Counted from the stretch's first letter, positions 36,238 through 49,371 are shown. The stretch: 64,000 nt of DNA from Marsupella aquatica (GCA_973895155.1 OZ316894.1:9138234-9202233); one strand, 5' to 3'. Program-made: numbers and translations. The notes: generated by a model from the letters alone, not told the origin.

Positions 36238-36747
36238 ATGACTAGTACAATGCAAAGCAGCGCAGACGCACTCAATGTGAAGAAGAATGTCTCGGAGAAT
36301 CCGATGAAGCGAACTATTGCCAAGCTGCGGCATCCCGCGCGCGCGCAGTTGTCACCTACAGCAGCAGAGAAGACTTTTGACTCTAGCATCGATGAAGAGG
36401 AAGACGCGCATGTGACCACTGGGGAATTTACAACCTCTGCGACCCACGCACTAACAAAACAGATCGGCCAGTACTTGGTGAGCCCCGAGGGGGATGCAAC
36501 TTTGAGGAAGGTCATCGCCTCTCTGTTAACGATCGATGAACTCCAGGACACGGCTCGGATGGCTGGACAGGAGCTTGTCCTCGGCGTCTCGGACGGGTTG
36601 GAGGAGAAATTTGGTACGCAATTGGAGAAGCTCCCAAAGGTTATCACTTCGTCAATTCTACCAGTGGCTGCTGTCTTCGTCGGGCTTTTAATGCTTGGAC
36701 TGCTTCTAGCGTTGTGGCGATTTGCCCTCTTCGGTCTTCATAATTAA
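36238..36747 (+). CDS. 169-aa hypothetical protein with one C-terminal transmembrane helix (tail-anchored type)
   Basis: Single-exon ORF with an acidic DEEEDA patch and an ILPVAAVFVGLLMLGLLLALWRFALFGLHN tail; no N-terminal signal peptide. Confidence 0.75.
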   Translation: MTSTMQSSADALNVKKNVSENPMKRTIAKLRHPARAQLSPTAAEKTFDSSIDEEEDAHVTTGEFTTSATHALTKQIGQYLVSPEGDATLRKVIASLLTIDELQDTARMAGQELVLGVSDGLEEKFGTQLEKLPKVITSSILPVAAVFVGLLMLGLLLALWRFALFGLHN

Positions 36748-38867
36748 ATAGTAGTCAGTACTTTTAGAAACTAGACAGGAAATGTCGAACCACGCTCCTT
36801 GTTTGCATATTCGAGAGTTTTGCATAGATTGAAAATCCAAGGCCCATGTGTCATATGTAAGTAGTATAAAGCAGATCGAGGGTCACTTAGTTTCCTAATC
36901 AATGAGGAGATATGAACGCTCCTAGTTACTTACAGTCGTGGATTTCAGCATGCTACCAGCTCCGACCATAGTGGTGCCATTTAGTTACAAAAAGCTTGAT
37001 TTGGTTCGCATATTGGGCCGGGCTTGAACTTTCCTCCGTCCATACCCATTATGCCAATTGATTAGCTACAGCAATGCTTCTTTGAAAGAAAGAAAAAACA
37101 TTTGTAGCAACAACTGTTGTACGGAAGTGGACAACAGCGATATTGGTCGAGCGCATTCTGATCGATTCGATCTCTCGGCTGCATGCGAGGGATGTCTTCA
37201 TACTCAATGGATCCTTTCCAGACGAACGCTCTCATTTGTTGGCGAGAAATCCAGAATCATTTGTACATCTCTCAATCTGTTTTGCGAATCTATTTTGGCA
37301 CAATGATGTACGCTGTTGTTTCATGAATCTCCTCGAGCAGTAGTTTTTAAATGCATGCTTGACTGACCAGTATAGCAAGGTAAACATTGAGAAACAAATC
37401 ATCTTGAGCAATTTTTATTATAAATATAGAAGAACGAGAATTGCAGCAATCCTTGATGAAAACTGACTACCCCAGAAAGAACTCCGCAAACTACATGACA
37501 AATATTTCCTTGCACAGCTGAAAGCTTCCTAAATTGAAATCAACTCAGCTCAGCATGAGCAAGAAAGTCAGAACAGTAAATACAGCTATTAATTCAAGAT
37601 CGTGTATGAGGCTCGATCAATCAGAACCTCAGCTAGCTTGCTGATTAGTTATCGGCCTTTGTGATGCTATTGTATGAGTGAGCAGGCCTAGTGAAGACCG
37701 TCCTTTGGGCATCATAGCTCCTTATCACTTACTAGTACTAAAGAGTCCTAACTTCTGTGGAAGATTACCCTCGTCGTCCTTCTTAGTTAGTTCAAGAAAA
37801 GCTTATCATCCATTACTTTTCCTCTTAGTGCCTATGGGTTTTTGCAGTTGACCCTCAGGTTTAAATCACAGTACCTGTGGTTCCTTGTAGTTAACCCACG
37901 GAGGTTCAAATCCCACGTCTGCAAGCTAACCAAAAGATGTGTTATATGTGATATACAATATACAATGATGAGCCGTAGTCTAGATTTTCTAGATTAAAAA
38001 CCCTGAAGTCCAATGTCCATTGTCAGACTCGCCAAACTGCTTAATGCAGCATAACTATCCATGGAGCATTTCAATTAAACCTTGAAATTTGCTCCCATAC
38101 ACTTCTACTACGTACTAGCCAGTTTTCTATCCTGCTGACTTAACTCAAATTCTCTATTTCAGAAACTACAGTCTAGCACAAATCTCAATTTGTGCCATTG
38201 TGAAATTATATCTGGCCGCTCAACCCTTGCATTCTGCCCGTCATCCTGCCCGTCACGTTTCATATCTGGCCTCTCAATCCTTCCATTCTGCCCCAGAAAT
38301 TTCAACCTCGAAAATTTTAATCCATCTGCTGTTCTTTTCTTTTCTTTTTTGTCTTTTCAAAAGCAGGAGTTCGTGCCATGTTTTTTTTTTTTTTAAAGTT
38401 TTGTGACATGTTTTAAAAATAAAAAATAAAAAAACAGGAGTTCGTCATGAACAATCGTGACACCTCCCCATACCATACCATAGTTTATATTATCGAGTCC
38501 CTATTCACAGTTTATATAGGCATTTAGACATAAACTAGACTCTCATGGCCCTGGGACTCCCCCATCCAGCACATAGAGCAAGCAGTTCACTCTAGCAACC
38601 GTCAAGTCAACTCAGCCAGCAACTGGAGTGATATGCTCAATGTCTTGCTTGTGGCTATGAGCTACTTCATCCCTTCCAATTAGATTCCAGTGAAACGTCT
38701 TGCTCGTGGCTATGAGCTACTTCATCCCATCCACTTGGATTCCAGGGTGGCACTTGCGGGGAGTCTCAATTCAGCAATGGGATATCACATGTGACAGAGC
38801 ATATGGTTATTTTATTCATTTTCAGAAAAGACATTCAAGATTTTTCTCAGAAGTGCAAGGTCCACTT

Positions 38868-39459
38868 TTTTTGAAGCTGTTATAATGGTGAATGCACTTT
38901 TCCAATTTTGTCTTATTCATAATTTGTGTCATGTATTTTTATTTCAATGTGCCTTGTCAAGGGGCATCCTTTGCATTATACATATTTTAATTAACTTTTT
39001 GAACCCCTTTAATTTTTGGTATCTTAGAGAATTTTGAACTCATTTTGGCAGCCCTCTTAAGTTTAGTCCCAATGACTTTAATTTCTATCACTTGAACAAA
39101 GTTTTTAAGTCTTCTCATGAAAGAGAAAAATGATTCTAAATAAAGGTGAACACATGGTCTCTTAAGTTCCCCTCATGACTTTGTTCACTAAGTTTATGGT
39201 TTTTATTGAATTGAGTGTCATACATAAGGCACATTGAATTAAGTGCACACATCCTAGTGCCTTTGTGTCATAGCACTTGACTGTACTTTTCATTGGTCAT
39301 TGAGTATATTTTTCATTGGTCATTCACTATGTGGTTTTCTTTGCATGTGCATATTATATATATAGCATGTGCTATTCTACGTCTACTCTCTTATTTAATC
39401 CACTTACATATCACTACAACACAAAATATCAATCATGTTCCAGGATGGGCATGCCATAT
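38868..39459 (+). repeat. AT-rich dispersed repeat of about 590 bp, copy 1 (probable TE remnant)
   Basis: Colinear reverse-complement match to 51347-51893, e.g. ttgtcttattcataatttgtgtcatgtatt, ctaagtttatggtttttattgaattgagt, cattttggcagccctcttaa. Confidence 0.9.
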
Positions 39460-40064
39460 CAAGACTTTCAGAAGGGCAAGGTCCACAAAAGCAAAATATA
39501 ATGATAAGTAAATATATCCCAAAATATATATAAATAGTTGCACCTGATACTTAGATCTATGTATTCACTAAGACCCTCGAGGAACATGTGTGACTTTTCT
39601 TCACCAAAAGCACCAAAAGAAATCTAGAGGGTCACTTCAATAAGTGCAAATCTCTTGAATGAAGGATCCAAAGTTTGCAAATGTTTGGACCATCTAAATT
39701 TAAGGAGAAATAACACTCCACATCAAAATATACTTGGGCCAACTCCTAGCTTGCCCCAGCCACACGCAATTCCTATGTGACCTAAGGGTTTTTCATAAGG
39801 CTCTTACCACTTACGTTGACATAATTAAGGCAAAGTTATGTCTTGAACAGAGTTCCTCTCTCATTGGTTCAATACCCACAACATAATGCTCCATCTTCAT
39901 GATTGAGTTCATCTACTATTAGGGCCCTGTTCCATCAGCCCTTTTACATGCTTGTGACTTGAGGTTTCTTTAACAAGAGGCAATGATGGGGCAGGTCATC
40001 CACTTGCCCTACTCTAGAACCTGAGAGTTGCCCTCAAGTGAAGACTACCTTTGTCCATGTTTGG

Positions 40065-40310
40065 AGACTAGTCATAAATCATTTAAAACTTATTCACAAT
40101 GAGAACTTGTCACTTCTTCTTACAAGAGTTTGGATCTTGAATAGTATTAGTGAACCTGCCCTCATTCACCATAAATTTTGCCAATGCTTTGCATTTCAAC
40201 TTGCTACTAGTCATTTTTTTTCTGTGTTGAGCCTTCCATGATGACACTGTGATATTCATTATGTTTTGCTACAATGAGAACCTTCATCTCCTTGTTAGTC
40301 TAATCTGACT
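40065..40310 (-). pseudogene. Decayed Myb/SANT-like (trihelix-type) DNA-binding domain; possible PIF/Harbinger ORF remnant
   Basis: Translation D*TNKEMKVLIVAKHNEY...KLKCKALAKFMVNEG...NSCKKK*QVLI...FKMIYD* fits W-T-x2-E-x3-L-I...W-x2-I/L-A-x2-M...C-x2-K-W-x2-L, with the Trp codons mutated and frameshifts present. Confidence 0.5.
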
Positions 40311-40516
40311 ACAGATTCCTTCCTTGACATTGTGGTGCAGCAGTGGGACCTGCAGCAATAATGTTCAGATCCAAGTCACACAATTACACACCTTGTAGTG
40401 AAGCCAAACTTTGGCTTGAAACCTCTCTCTAATTCTGGCTTGTCATTTGAAAGGGGCACAAATAAAATTCTTTGGTGTTCATCAATAAGTTTTTTAAAAA
40501 ATTGGATGCAAAAAAC

Positions 40517-40777
40517 CTCGGGGGTCTCACTATATGGATGTCTCCCCATCACTTGCGGCGTTTTTAGGCCTCGGACCCCCAAAAATGTAAGAAACAAATT
40601 ATTTTTCAACCCCGGTAAATTTCAAGGACCTTAATGTTTTTATAAGTCTCAAAATTTGATTTAAAAGACCCTCTTGTTCTTCTCAGAAAATTCTTAAGTC
40701 TTCCCTTTGAACGAATAAAATGACCCTATACTTCGTCGCACATGATGTGCCATTTTTGTGGAAGTGAAACCTCCAAG
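40517..40777. mobile_element. MITE, subfamily 2 copy B (261 bp), 8-bp TSD CAAAAAAC
   Basis: Ends CTCGGGGGTCTCAC / GTGAAACCTCCAAG; TSDs at 40509-40516 and 40778-40785. Confidence 0.9.
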
Positions 40778-41735
40778 CAAAAAACACATCAAGTTCATAG
40801 AAAGCATGTAGCAACAAAGTAAAAAAAATTGAAACCATAAGAGTTCTTGAAAAAAGAACATCACTTCATATATTAAAACCATGTGTCTCATGAGTCTTTC
40901 TGTTTTTTCAACAAAATGATGAAGCAAAGTTATCATATTCTTAATGATTCACAATCATAGATGGAAAGGACATTGTCAATTATAGTAAGTCTAATAAGTA
41001 TGACATTATACATATCTATCATTCTCTAAACTAAGTCCTTATGAAAGTAATTGTCCTACATTCAAGGTCCAAGGCCAAGAGATTTACTATCCAAGCATAT
41101 TTTCTTCCTAGGTCTTACAGAAATAGCATCATGCTCATGAGTTGACGGTCCTATACTATTCGACATGTAGGGTGTGTCAAGACCAAAGAATCTACTACGC
41201 AATGTGAAAGTTTTCCTTTCAAAGCATGTGTCTGTCCTGGATCTATTCTCTGTGCAGTCATCTTGGACAGGATGGGGGGAATCAGGACCAGAGGTTCCCC
41301 TCCTCCTATTACAAGTTTTCTCTCGGCTGCATTCTTCGTAGGGATTGTTTTGTGCTTATGTCCCTCCTTTGCAACATCTGAACAACCTCAGACTGCAAGA
41401 CTTCCAATGAATTGTTCTTGCAATGAAATCGTTGGTTTTCTTCTTTCAACCTCTCAACCTCATGTTTCAATTATTGGGTCTCTCTGTATTCATGGATTTT
41501 GGCATTTAACATGTCCGTCTGCAAATCAGGCCAAAGGTCTTCACAAAGTATTGACTGCACGTGAGTCAAGTACTCCTTCGCCTCTTTTATCTTCCCCATA
41601 TAATTAGTAGCAAGATCCTTCAGTTTATCTTTGCTAGCCATTGTGTCAAACCTGACCCTGAAAGGAATTTACACAGCAAAGTTGTTGTATTTCATAAATA
41701 GTTTATATGCCTTGCTAAGCAAGTGTGGTTGTATG

Positions 41736-41981
41736 CTCGGAGGGGTCACTATATGAAGGGTCATACATCACGTGCGACGGTTTGGGTCATTTATGACCCC
41801 CCTAAGTCACTTTCTAGAAAGTTGTACGGCACCAATCATGTGATGACACGTATGCATTTTGCAATTAAACAACCCTATATTTCCATAGAAGACTTAATAA
41901 GTCTTCCGCCAAAACCATTTAAATGGCCCTATACTTCGTCACACATGATATGCCACTTCCATGGAAGTGACCCCCCCCGAG
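41736..41981. mobile_element. MITE, subfamily 1 copy B (246 bp), 8-bp TSD GTTGTATG
   Basis: Ends CTCGGAGGGGTCAC / GTGACCCCCCCCGAG; TSDs at 41728-41735 and 41982-41989. Confidence 0.92.
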
Positions 41982-43543
41982 GTTGTATGTTTGGGTACTA
42001 TTTAATGCCATGGTTCTCAAATGGACTCCGTTCAAACTTGTATATGAAGCAGTTGAGCATCCTCATCCAAACCAAACCATACTTACCTTGAGCATACAAG
42101 AGCTGTAAAACTGAAGCAAAATTTGAATTGCACTTTACATAACTTCAAAACATTCCACAACTCAATTAATATTGAAAGCTTTGTCAGTACTATTGTCATA
42201 TTGTAACACTTGTGTTTGGAGCATTGCAATGTGAGGCCTCCTCCAAAGTAAGAGACGACCCAAGTTACACAAAAAGTGAGAAGCACTATGAAGCCCCCCT
42301 CTTGCGTTCGTTATACTCTGTTGGCAGGGCAGCATCCTGCCCCCAACCCCACTCCTCCGCATTCCACCACCGCGCACTACGTATACCCTTATTTTGTGTG
42401 CAAGCCCCTTGCGTAATTATACTAGTAGACCGGAATCACCTGGTTGGGTCGCAGCTACCCCAACCACCTACCTAGTTTCAACAATCGATGGGGGAGTACA
42501 GAGAAGAGGGTTGTCTGATTGATCAACTTTGAGGAGAGGTGGTGATTTACCACATTTTGAAGAGAAAGGCAGGTGGGACACAAAGGAATCATTCTCACAA
42601 TTACACACAATCGAAGGCAACGTAGAAAGTGAGATCAACTTACTTGTGAGCCTGATTGGAATCGGTAATGTTGGGCAGCATTTTTAAAATACTGTCTTGT
42701 GTTGATGATGTGCTTGTTGTTTCAGAGCTTACAAATTGAATGTATCTGGAGGCAGGATTAGAAGTGACTGCTATTGAGGGTAACCACAATCCTTCCCAAT
42801 TTCTACACTCTCGATGTTGAAAGCTTACCATTATATGTTGATTTCAATTTCTACACTCTCATGATGCTCTCAAGTTGAAATATGTCGCAGTGGAAGACCT
42901 GCGAAGTGAAGCACACAGTGAACTGTCGAAACATAATTTCATATGTGGGGCTAGGGAAATTTGCAGGGTCTCCTACAAGCAGGTGAGTGTTGATTACCAG
43001 GACCGGACCAGACGCACGGCAAAAATAGAGACCGCCCAATTTAGTGACATGTGGAAGGTAGTTGTGGTTGTCTTATTCATAGATCAAAGGTCAGGACTGT
43101 GAAGGGTTGCAAGGTTTGCGTGCCTTGCCCTTCCAAGTCCTACTTTAGTGAAGTCAGGAGGGCCTCATTCAGGGGAAAGTTTTGCTCACTTAGGGGCTGC
43201 CACCGTTTATGTAAAGGGCCATTTTTTTAAGGACCGTCTACATGCAAGACAACCCTAATTGACGGCAGAGATCCAGTCCAAGGGCTGATGGACTAGACTC
43301 CCCCGGGGTACTTTACAAGACAAGGGTAGCAGCAGTTTAGCAAAGTTTTGTTTCATCCATTAAATCCCCTCCAGGCCACTGGGGATGGCTTATCCACACT
43401 TTAATAAACTACAGAAATGAATTTATTGTGAAGAAATGGAGGCGCATCAATCTCGGACAGCGTGAGTTGTACAAGCCATAGAATTTATAAATTTAAGCAA
43501 TTCAAGTAATAAATATCATGTCAAAAACCTAATGTGTAACACA

Positions 43544-43620
43544 ACCACTGTAGCACAGTGGTGGTGGCCTTGTGTGAGATCTGGTGGGTTGGGGTGGGGG
43601 TTCGAGCCCTGCAAGTAACA
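43544..43620 (+). mobile_element. tRNA-derived SINE head or pseudo-tRNA
   Basis: Pol III A box TAGCACAGTGG (43551-43561) and B box GGTTCGAGCCC (43599-43609) at tRNA-like spacing. The acceptor stem does not pair, so this is not a functional tRNA. Confidence 0.45.
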
Positions 43621-45089
43621 ATTAATTTACATCATGATTATTTTGAAAGGCAAAATTATATAAGAATTGTGGAAAGGAGTACAAGTGCAAAAAAGAAAAA
43701 CAAAGGATTTTAAAATAACAACAACATATAGGGGATCTAAATTCAAAACTGATGGAATAACAAAGAAGACAGCCCTCATAGGCCAAATTAAAATTAAATT
43801 AATGACAAAACAAAATGAACTGGACTAAAACAAAGATTCGCCATATAGCAATGTTGGAACAATGCTATAATGCTCTTGGGTTACTCTTTAAAGTAACGTC
43901 TCCAGAATGTGAGTCACCGGGAGATGATGCAAGTGAGGGTCTTGAATGTGTGAATCACCTAGTACATATTTTCAAGTGACCGTGAAGACATAAAACAGGG
44001 ATGGGACCAAAGATAAGGAAAGAGAAAAATCATTTTTTTTATGCAAGCTTTTTTTTCCTTCTCTGTTTACCTTTTTTCTTTTTCTTTTTTTGCTTTGAAA
44101 ACCAAAAGCAGACCCATCCCACATAGGATAGAAGTCCTACTTCGAAGCAAGCATTTCTATGTAGGGTAGCCACAAGGGACAATACCCAAGTATCCAACAG
44201 GGACCAGGCCCGGCCAGAGGGAGAGAAGATTAGACCAAAACCCCAAAGTGGGCAGCCAGGGCTGATGGGATAATCAACATTCTAGGTTCATCGTCTGGAC
44301 AAGTGACCAAAGCCAAAGTGACCAAAGCCAAAGTGACCAAAGCCAGTTGATTTTCTCTTGATTTTCTCTTGATTTTCTGTGTTTACCTTCAAGGAATGGG
44401 CAAGCACGCTAATAATAAACCCTAAACCGGACGCGTTGGAGTTAGCCACGCACTTCTGGAGTGTGCACTTAGAGAAACGCGACTGTACTGCGTACAACAC
44501 TACTACTGCAGTGGTTCTTCGCCATTGCGGCTCATTACGTTTCTGTCGACGATTGCGGTTCGATCAGGAAGTGCGAGGAGGAAGACGGATCAACGAACAC
44601 GTTCGTGAGCGCGAGGAGACAGACAATCAATCGGACAGATGCTCTGATTTTGGACCAACGACTGTTGTGATTCTGCCGTGCGAGGTGTGGGACAAACAAC
44701 CGCGGCGCCCGTCGAGCGAATGTGCGAGTCTGTCTGCGTCGAGTTGGTTAGGTTGAGGAACGACGTTGTTGGATCTTTGATTCGTTGCTGAGAAGACGAT
44801 TGAGGTGGAGGAGTTGTGGTGTTATTCTCCCGGACAGCTTTCTGCTGTGGCCTAAGAAATCTTCAAGCGTCGGCCGAGGTTGTGTATTTCATCAGGTAGG
44901 GTGCTTGCTGTCTCGCACAACCGGGAGGCCCTCGCGACCGCTAGATCGAGTTTTCCGTCTTTGCCATAGTCCTTGGTGGTAGTTCGGTTGCGACAGTTTT
45001 GTAGCGTTTCGGGCGGGGAGATCAAGAGAAGAGAAGAGAAGAGAAGAGAAGAGAAGGAGGCCGTCACATCGCTGCTATATCATAGAGAG

Positions 45090-48000
45090 ATGCAAGCTTA
45101 CCCCAGATTGCTCTGTCGCGTCTCTCGTTTGCTCTCACATCGTCGTCCGTTTGTCGCATGTGCTCCCTTAGTGTGCGCTGGATGGCCAGCTGACATCACC
45201 GGTACTGTACGAGGTGGTCGTTATCGAAAGGACTTGGCAGTTACATTCCACAAAGCATTGGGGTCCGCTGTTTTCCTGGCTCAGAGAACCTTCGACTGTA
45301 CCTTGAACATCTCTACTCTGGGGTTCGGTTTCGGAAGAGAGGTGAGGAGGAGCTTTTGTAGCAAAGTGACTGACGGGCTCACCATCGAAGGAGAACGAAT
45401 GATCATGCAATCTGTGAAGATCAAGTGCAGGGGCAACATCGCAGTATGATTTCTACCTTTGAAACATATCAGTCCTCGTAAAGCTCTTCTGTTATAGGGC
45501 TTTCTCTGGTGTCTGCCCAGAATTCAGCCATAGGGATGAAATTTTTTAGGTCATTTTAGCTCCAGATTTGCCAAGAAGTCGAAAGATAATGTGTATCTGT
45601 AGTTTCGCCGCACTTATTGTATATGTGCATGTGCATGTGCACAGTCGGATCTTCGGCATGTCGCTTTTGCAATGTTCTCTGTCGCGCTTCATACTGAATT
45701 TCAAAGTGCGACCAGATTCCTCGTATTCTTGTGGAAAAAAATTCGAATGCGAGTCCGGCTGAGGTGGTTTCCTTCGAGATCTAGTCAAAACCAGCTATTT
45801 GTAACCTCAGGCCTTGTGACAACTAATCTTGGTACGGCCTGTGTCGCTACAGTCTCCAACTATTGACATCTGTCACCCCTGCTCGTGTAGGATGGCCTGG
45901 TCGAAGCACTTTTGTGCTTCGGTGCAAGTTCTTGCAGCATCGAAGACGCCCACCTTGGGGACGCCCGTGAGCAAGAGGTTGATAGCACCTCCTACTGAAT
46001 TTCATTTGCTTTTAAGCAATCTGGTATACCTGCTTTTCAATGTTTCTGGCCTTTTTGCAAACATCCGAAGTTTTTGACTTTAGCGTTGAAGATCTGTGAG
46101 ACTTCCCTTTTCTGTGACAGATTTTCTCGGATGGTCCAGTTCCATGGCAAGCTGGGCAGCGTCAGCTTTGGGAGCAGGTGAGGAGAATCCCGTATTGGTT
46201 ACTGTTACCATCAAGGGTAGTAGCTGTCCTGAACGGAATGTGGCTGTTTGATACCCGCAAAAAAATGTATCCTAAGGCTGACTATACTGTCCTACTGTAT
46301 AACCTTTCTAATAAGGTTCTTGCCGTACGGGATGCTGCAGAGCCACATCACTGCAATTTTCCCTGAATATCAAGATGTGGGAGAGGCTATTGCAATGGCA
46401 TCCCACTCAATAGGCTTCAACGAGATGCCGCAATATGAGATTCATTTGGTGGAAGACCAAGATTGGATTGAACAAATCCAGGTATATCTTCCTACACTTC
46501 TGCCCACCGGAAGGAGAATAAGGTTTTTTGGGCCTGCCTGATTACTTTGGAAGCACTCACAATGACCCTTAAGTAGTGTAATTAGTCGTACCATGGCATG
46601 TAAGTGTAAAGATTTACTTTTCCAAGCATCCAGCTTGACAGATTGTTGCTTCATGAAATGGGAGGCATTCACAATGGCGGTTGTGTAGGTTAATGATTGA
46701 CATCGTGCCACCTAATTTGTCATGCTTTAGCTGACCTAGCATTTAGCGTTATAAGTGCCTTCACCAGGTGACGTCCTCTGTGACGGGTAGATGTGAAATA
46801 ATTCTGGCTGCTGTTTTCCAGAACTCTCTAGTGCTCCTCAATAGTTTAGAGCTGGCTACTCTTAGATTAGTCATAGTGGGCCGTACATAGGAGCTAACCG
46901 CGCTTCAGGTTTGTGATACCAAATATAGCCCTCGCGTCTGGACTTGCCGTCAATAGCTTTAGTACGATGAGTTTGTCACATAGAGGAGTGTAGCGTAAGC
47001 CTTTTTTGTTGAAGTTACTTGAGAGGTCTACTGAGTCTTGATTAGAGAGCTGCCAAATGCCAGACAACCATGGGACACGCGTTTTAGTTGGTGTGTCCAG
47101 TTACAGTCACTCCCGTTCGTCTTTGGAGATGTAGCAAGGCCATTGAGGAACCAGGCTTAACTAGCTAAACAAGCAGAGAGCTTGAGATCAACTATTCATC
47201 CCATGGTGACACCTTAGTTTGTCTCTGCCTCTGATTCTCACCTTCTCGGTAACTTCGAGAGATAACCTAGCACTCTTCCTCGAGTCATCTGGATAAGCCT
47301 GTTTGGGAGATGCAAGCCAGTAGTGAATCTTGCAAACACGCGATTGTGAAGATCTTATTTCATTGGCACTTCTTGGCAAATTTTATCTGTAATTGAGTAC
47401 TGTTTGGGTGGTCATGCATGCGATTGGAAATGGTGAATCCTGCCTTTGGAAAGCCAATCCTCTCACTATGTTATGGGGTTCCTCTTTGTTGGGATTAACT
47501 TTTTGGAGGAGCAGGAGTATTATGGTACATCAGAAAAGTATACATCAGATTGCTGGATCAAGTGCTTCTAGATCGTTGGAGAATTAGTCAGTATCGGTCA
47601 TACCTTTAAAGAGGCTCTTTTGCGGCAGAGTCAGGCCAAGTATAATATTGGACATGCCGTGTTACTGATGGAACTACAGAGCTCCATACTGAGGATCAGG
47701 TGCTCGTTAATCTTCGGAGATGTAGGCAGTATCGGTAAATCAGTAAGCGGAATGCAGCTCAGTCAGGCTATATGTTAAGATTGGACAGGCAGTGTTACTG
47801 CTGGAATTGCACAGCTCATACTCAGGAGACAAGTCTTGAGATGATTCTAGGTAGTGAGCTTCAGTACATCAGTAGTGTGGTAACACAGCATTCCGAATGC
47901 GTCTTGGCCCAGTTTAGGTATGTCTGAACTTTCTCTGCCATGTCATCGTAGTGAGATTATTTAACACTGGTTAATGTGTAACTCCCGATTTAGGAAGTGA

Positions 48001-49371
48001 ATCTTGATTAGTGAAATATAGATGCCATCTCAAAGACCCGACTGCTACTGATGTGGAAATTGTGGGTGGTTCGTTATCAGAACATGTTTGAACCAGTGGA
48101 GGTAGCTGCTGGACTTTGGATTGTGCCCAAGTGGAGAACACCCCCTGTAAGTTTTCACCGCTCTTCCCGTTCTCATTTCTCCAAAACACAGAAGTCTCGA
48201 AGCAGCCCATTGTTCTGCAGTTACAATGAACTGTCGAGGCCCTTCTGTGAAATTGCCAGATGTGTAACGAAGGATTATGCAGCAGTAGAATCCGTTGGTA
48301 TTTACGTAGTGGTTTAAATATACTTTTTTATAGTGGTCATCACAATCTTCCGGGAGAAAAGCATATTTGGTAATGATGATCCGATTGAGTCGTCTTTGTG
48401 TAGTTCCCTGAATTTTTGTACGCAGAGTTTTACTGTTAAGAGTCACGTTATGAGGCAGTGGTTTGCGTGTTCTCATCTTCAATTGCAGAACCCAACAGCA
48501 GCGAATGTCATTCTAGATCCAGGGTTGGCATTTGGTACTGGTGAGCATCCAACTACACGACTGTGTCTTCAGTTTCTAAGTCAGGTCGTGAGAGGTGGAG
48601 AACGAGTCATGGACTATGGGACGGGCTCAGGCATCCTTTCCATTGCTGCATTGAAGGTATGTCCACGTTCTCCTCGATTCTTTCACGCGGGAGGCGAGAG
48701 CTTCGGTTGGGTTGTTGCATTTCTCTTGAGCTCTGCCATTAGGTTAATCTGTTTAGTAGCTGGAAAATACTCATGACTTGCTAAATTCAATTAAATGACT
48801 GTGTTTGATATCCCAGATTGGGGCTAGCCGAGCAGTTGGAGTCGATGTGGATCCAATGGCAATTTCGTCGGCATCATATAATGCCTCGTTGAACATGATC
48901 GAAGATCATCGTTTCCAAGTTTTCCAATCGGATATAAATGGGGGAGATCCAGTTCCGCCTGGTGCTGCATATCATCCGGTGTTCGATAATTCTATGGATG
49001 AGGATAGGGACAATAGAGGTTCTGATTTTGACATAGTGGTCGCAAACATTCTAGCGAATCCATTGGTTGAACTTTCGAATCTCATTGCAAATTATTCCAG
49101 GCCCGGTGGCGTTGTTGGTCTATCTGGAATCCTTATTGAGCAGGTTTGTATTCCTCCCTTCACAAACCAAGTCTATTGACTAATTTTCAGTTTTAAGTTA
49201 TCTGTTGAGAGGTTTTTCGGTCAGAGTCACTCAGTATAATGTGCAATATATATGTCGCAGGTGGACCATGTGCGGAGTACTTATTCACAATATCTTGACA
49301 ACATCCAAGTCACCCAGGACAGTGGCTGGGCTTGTATTACTGGCATAAGAAAGTTGTCTGAGAAGTCATGA
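45090..49371 (+). CDS. prmA: Ribosomal protein L11 methyltransferase, organelle-targeted, 436 aa; exons 45090-45443, 45891-45977, 46121-46177, 46341-46481, 48081-48146, 48489-48656, 48817-49143, 49261-49371
   Basis: Family motifs [56 protein letters not shown] and WIVPKW; Arg-rich N-terminal presequence; all introns GT-AG and in frame. Confidence 0.96.

Noticed and set aside
36123-36647. 174-aa minus-strand ORF
   Set aside because: Antisense shadow of the 36238-36747 gene, with a non-ATG start.
37855-37925. B-box-like GGTTCAAATCC
   Set aside because: No clear A box or cloverleaf.
41723-42091. 122-aa ORF
   Set aside because: It reads through a MITE; similarly, 19937-20305, 21062-21358 and 56923-57219 read through simple or tandem repeats.
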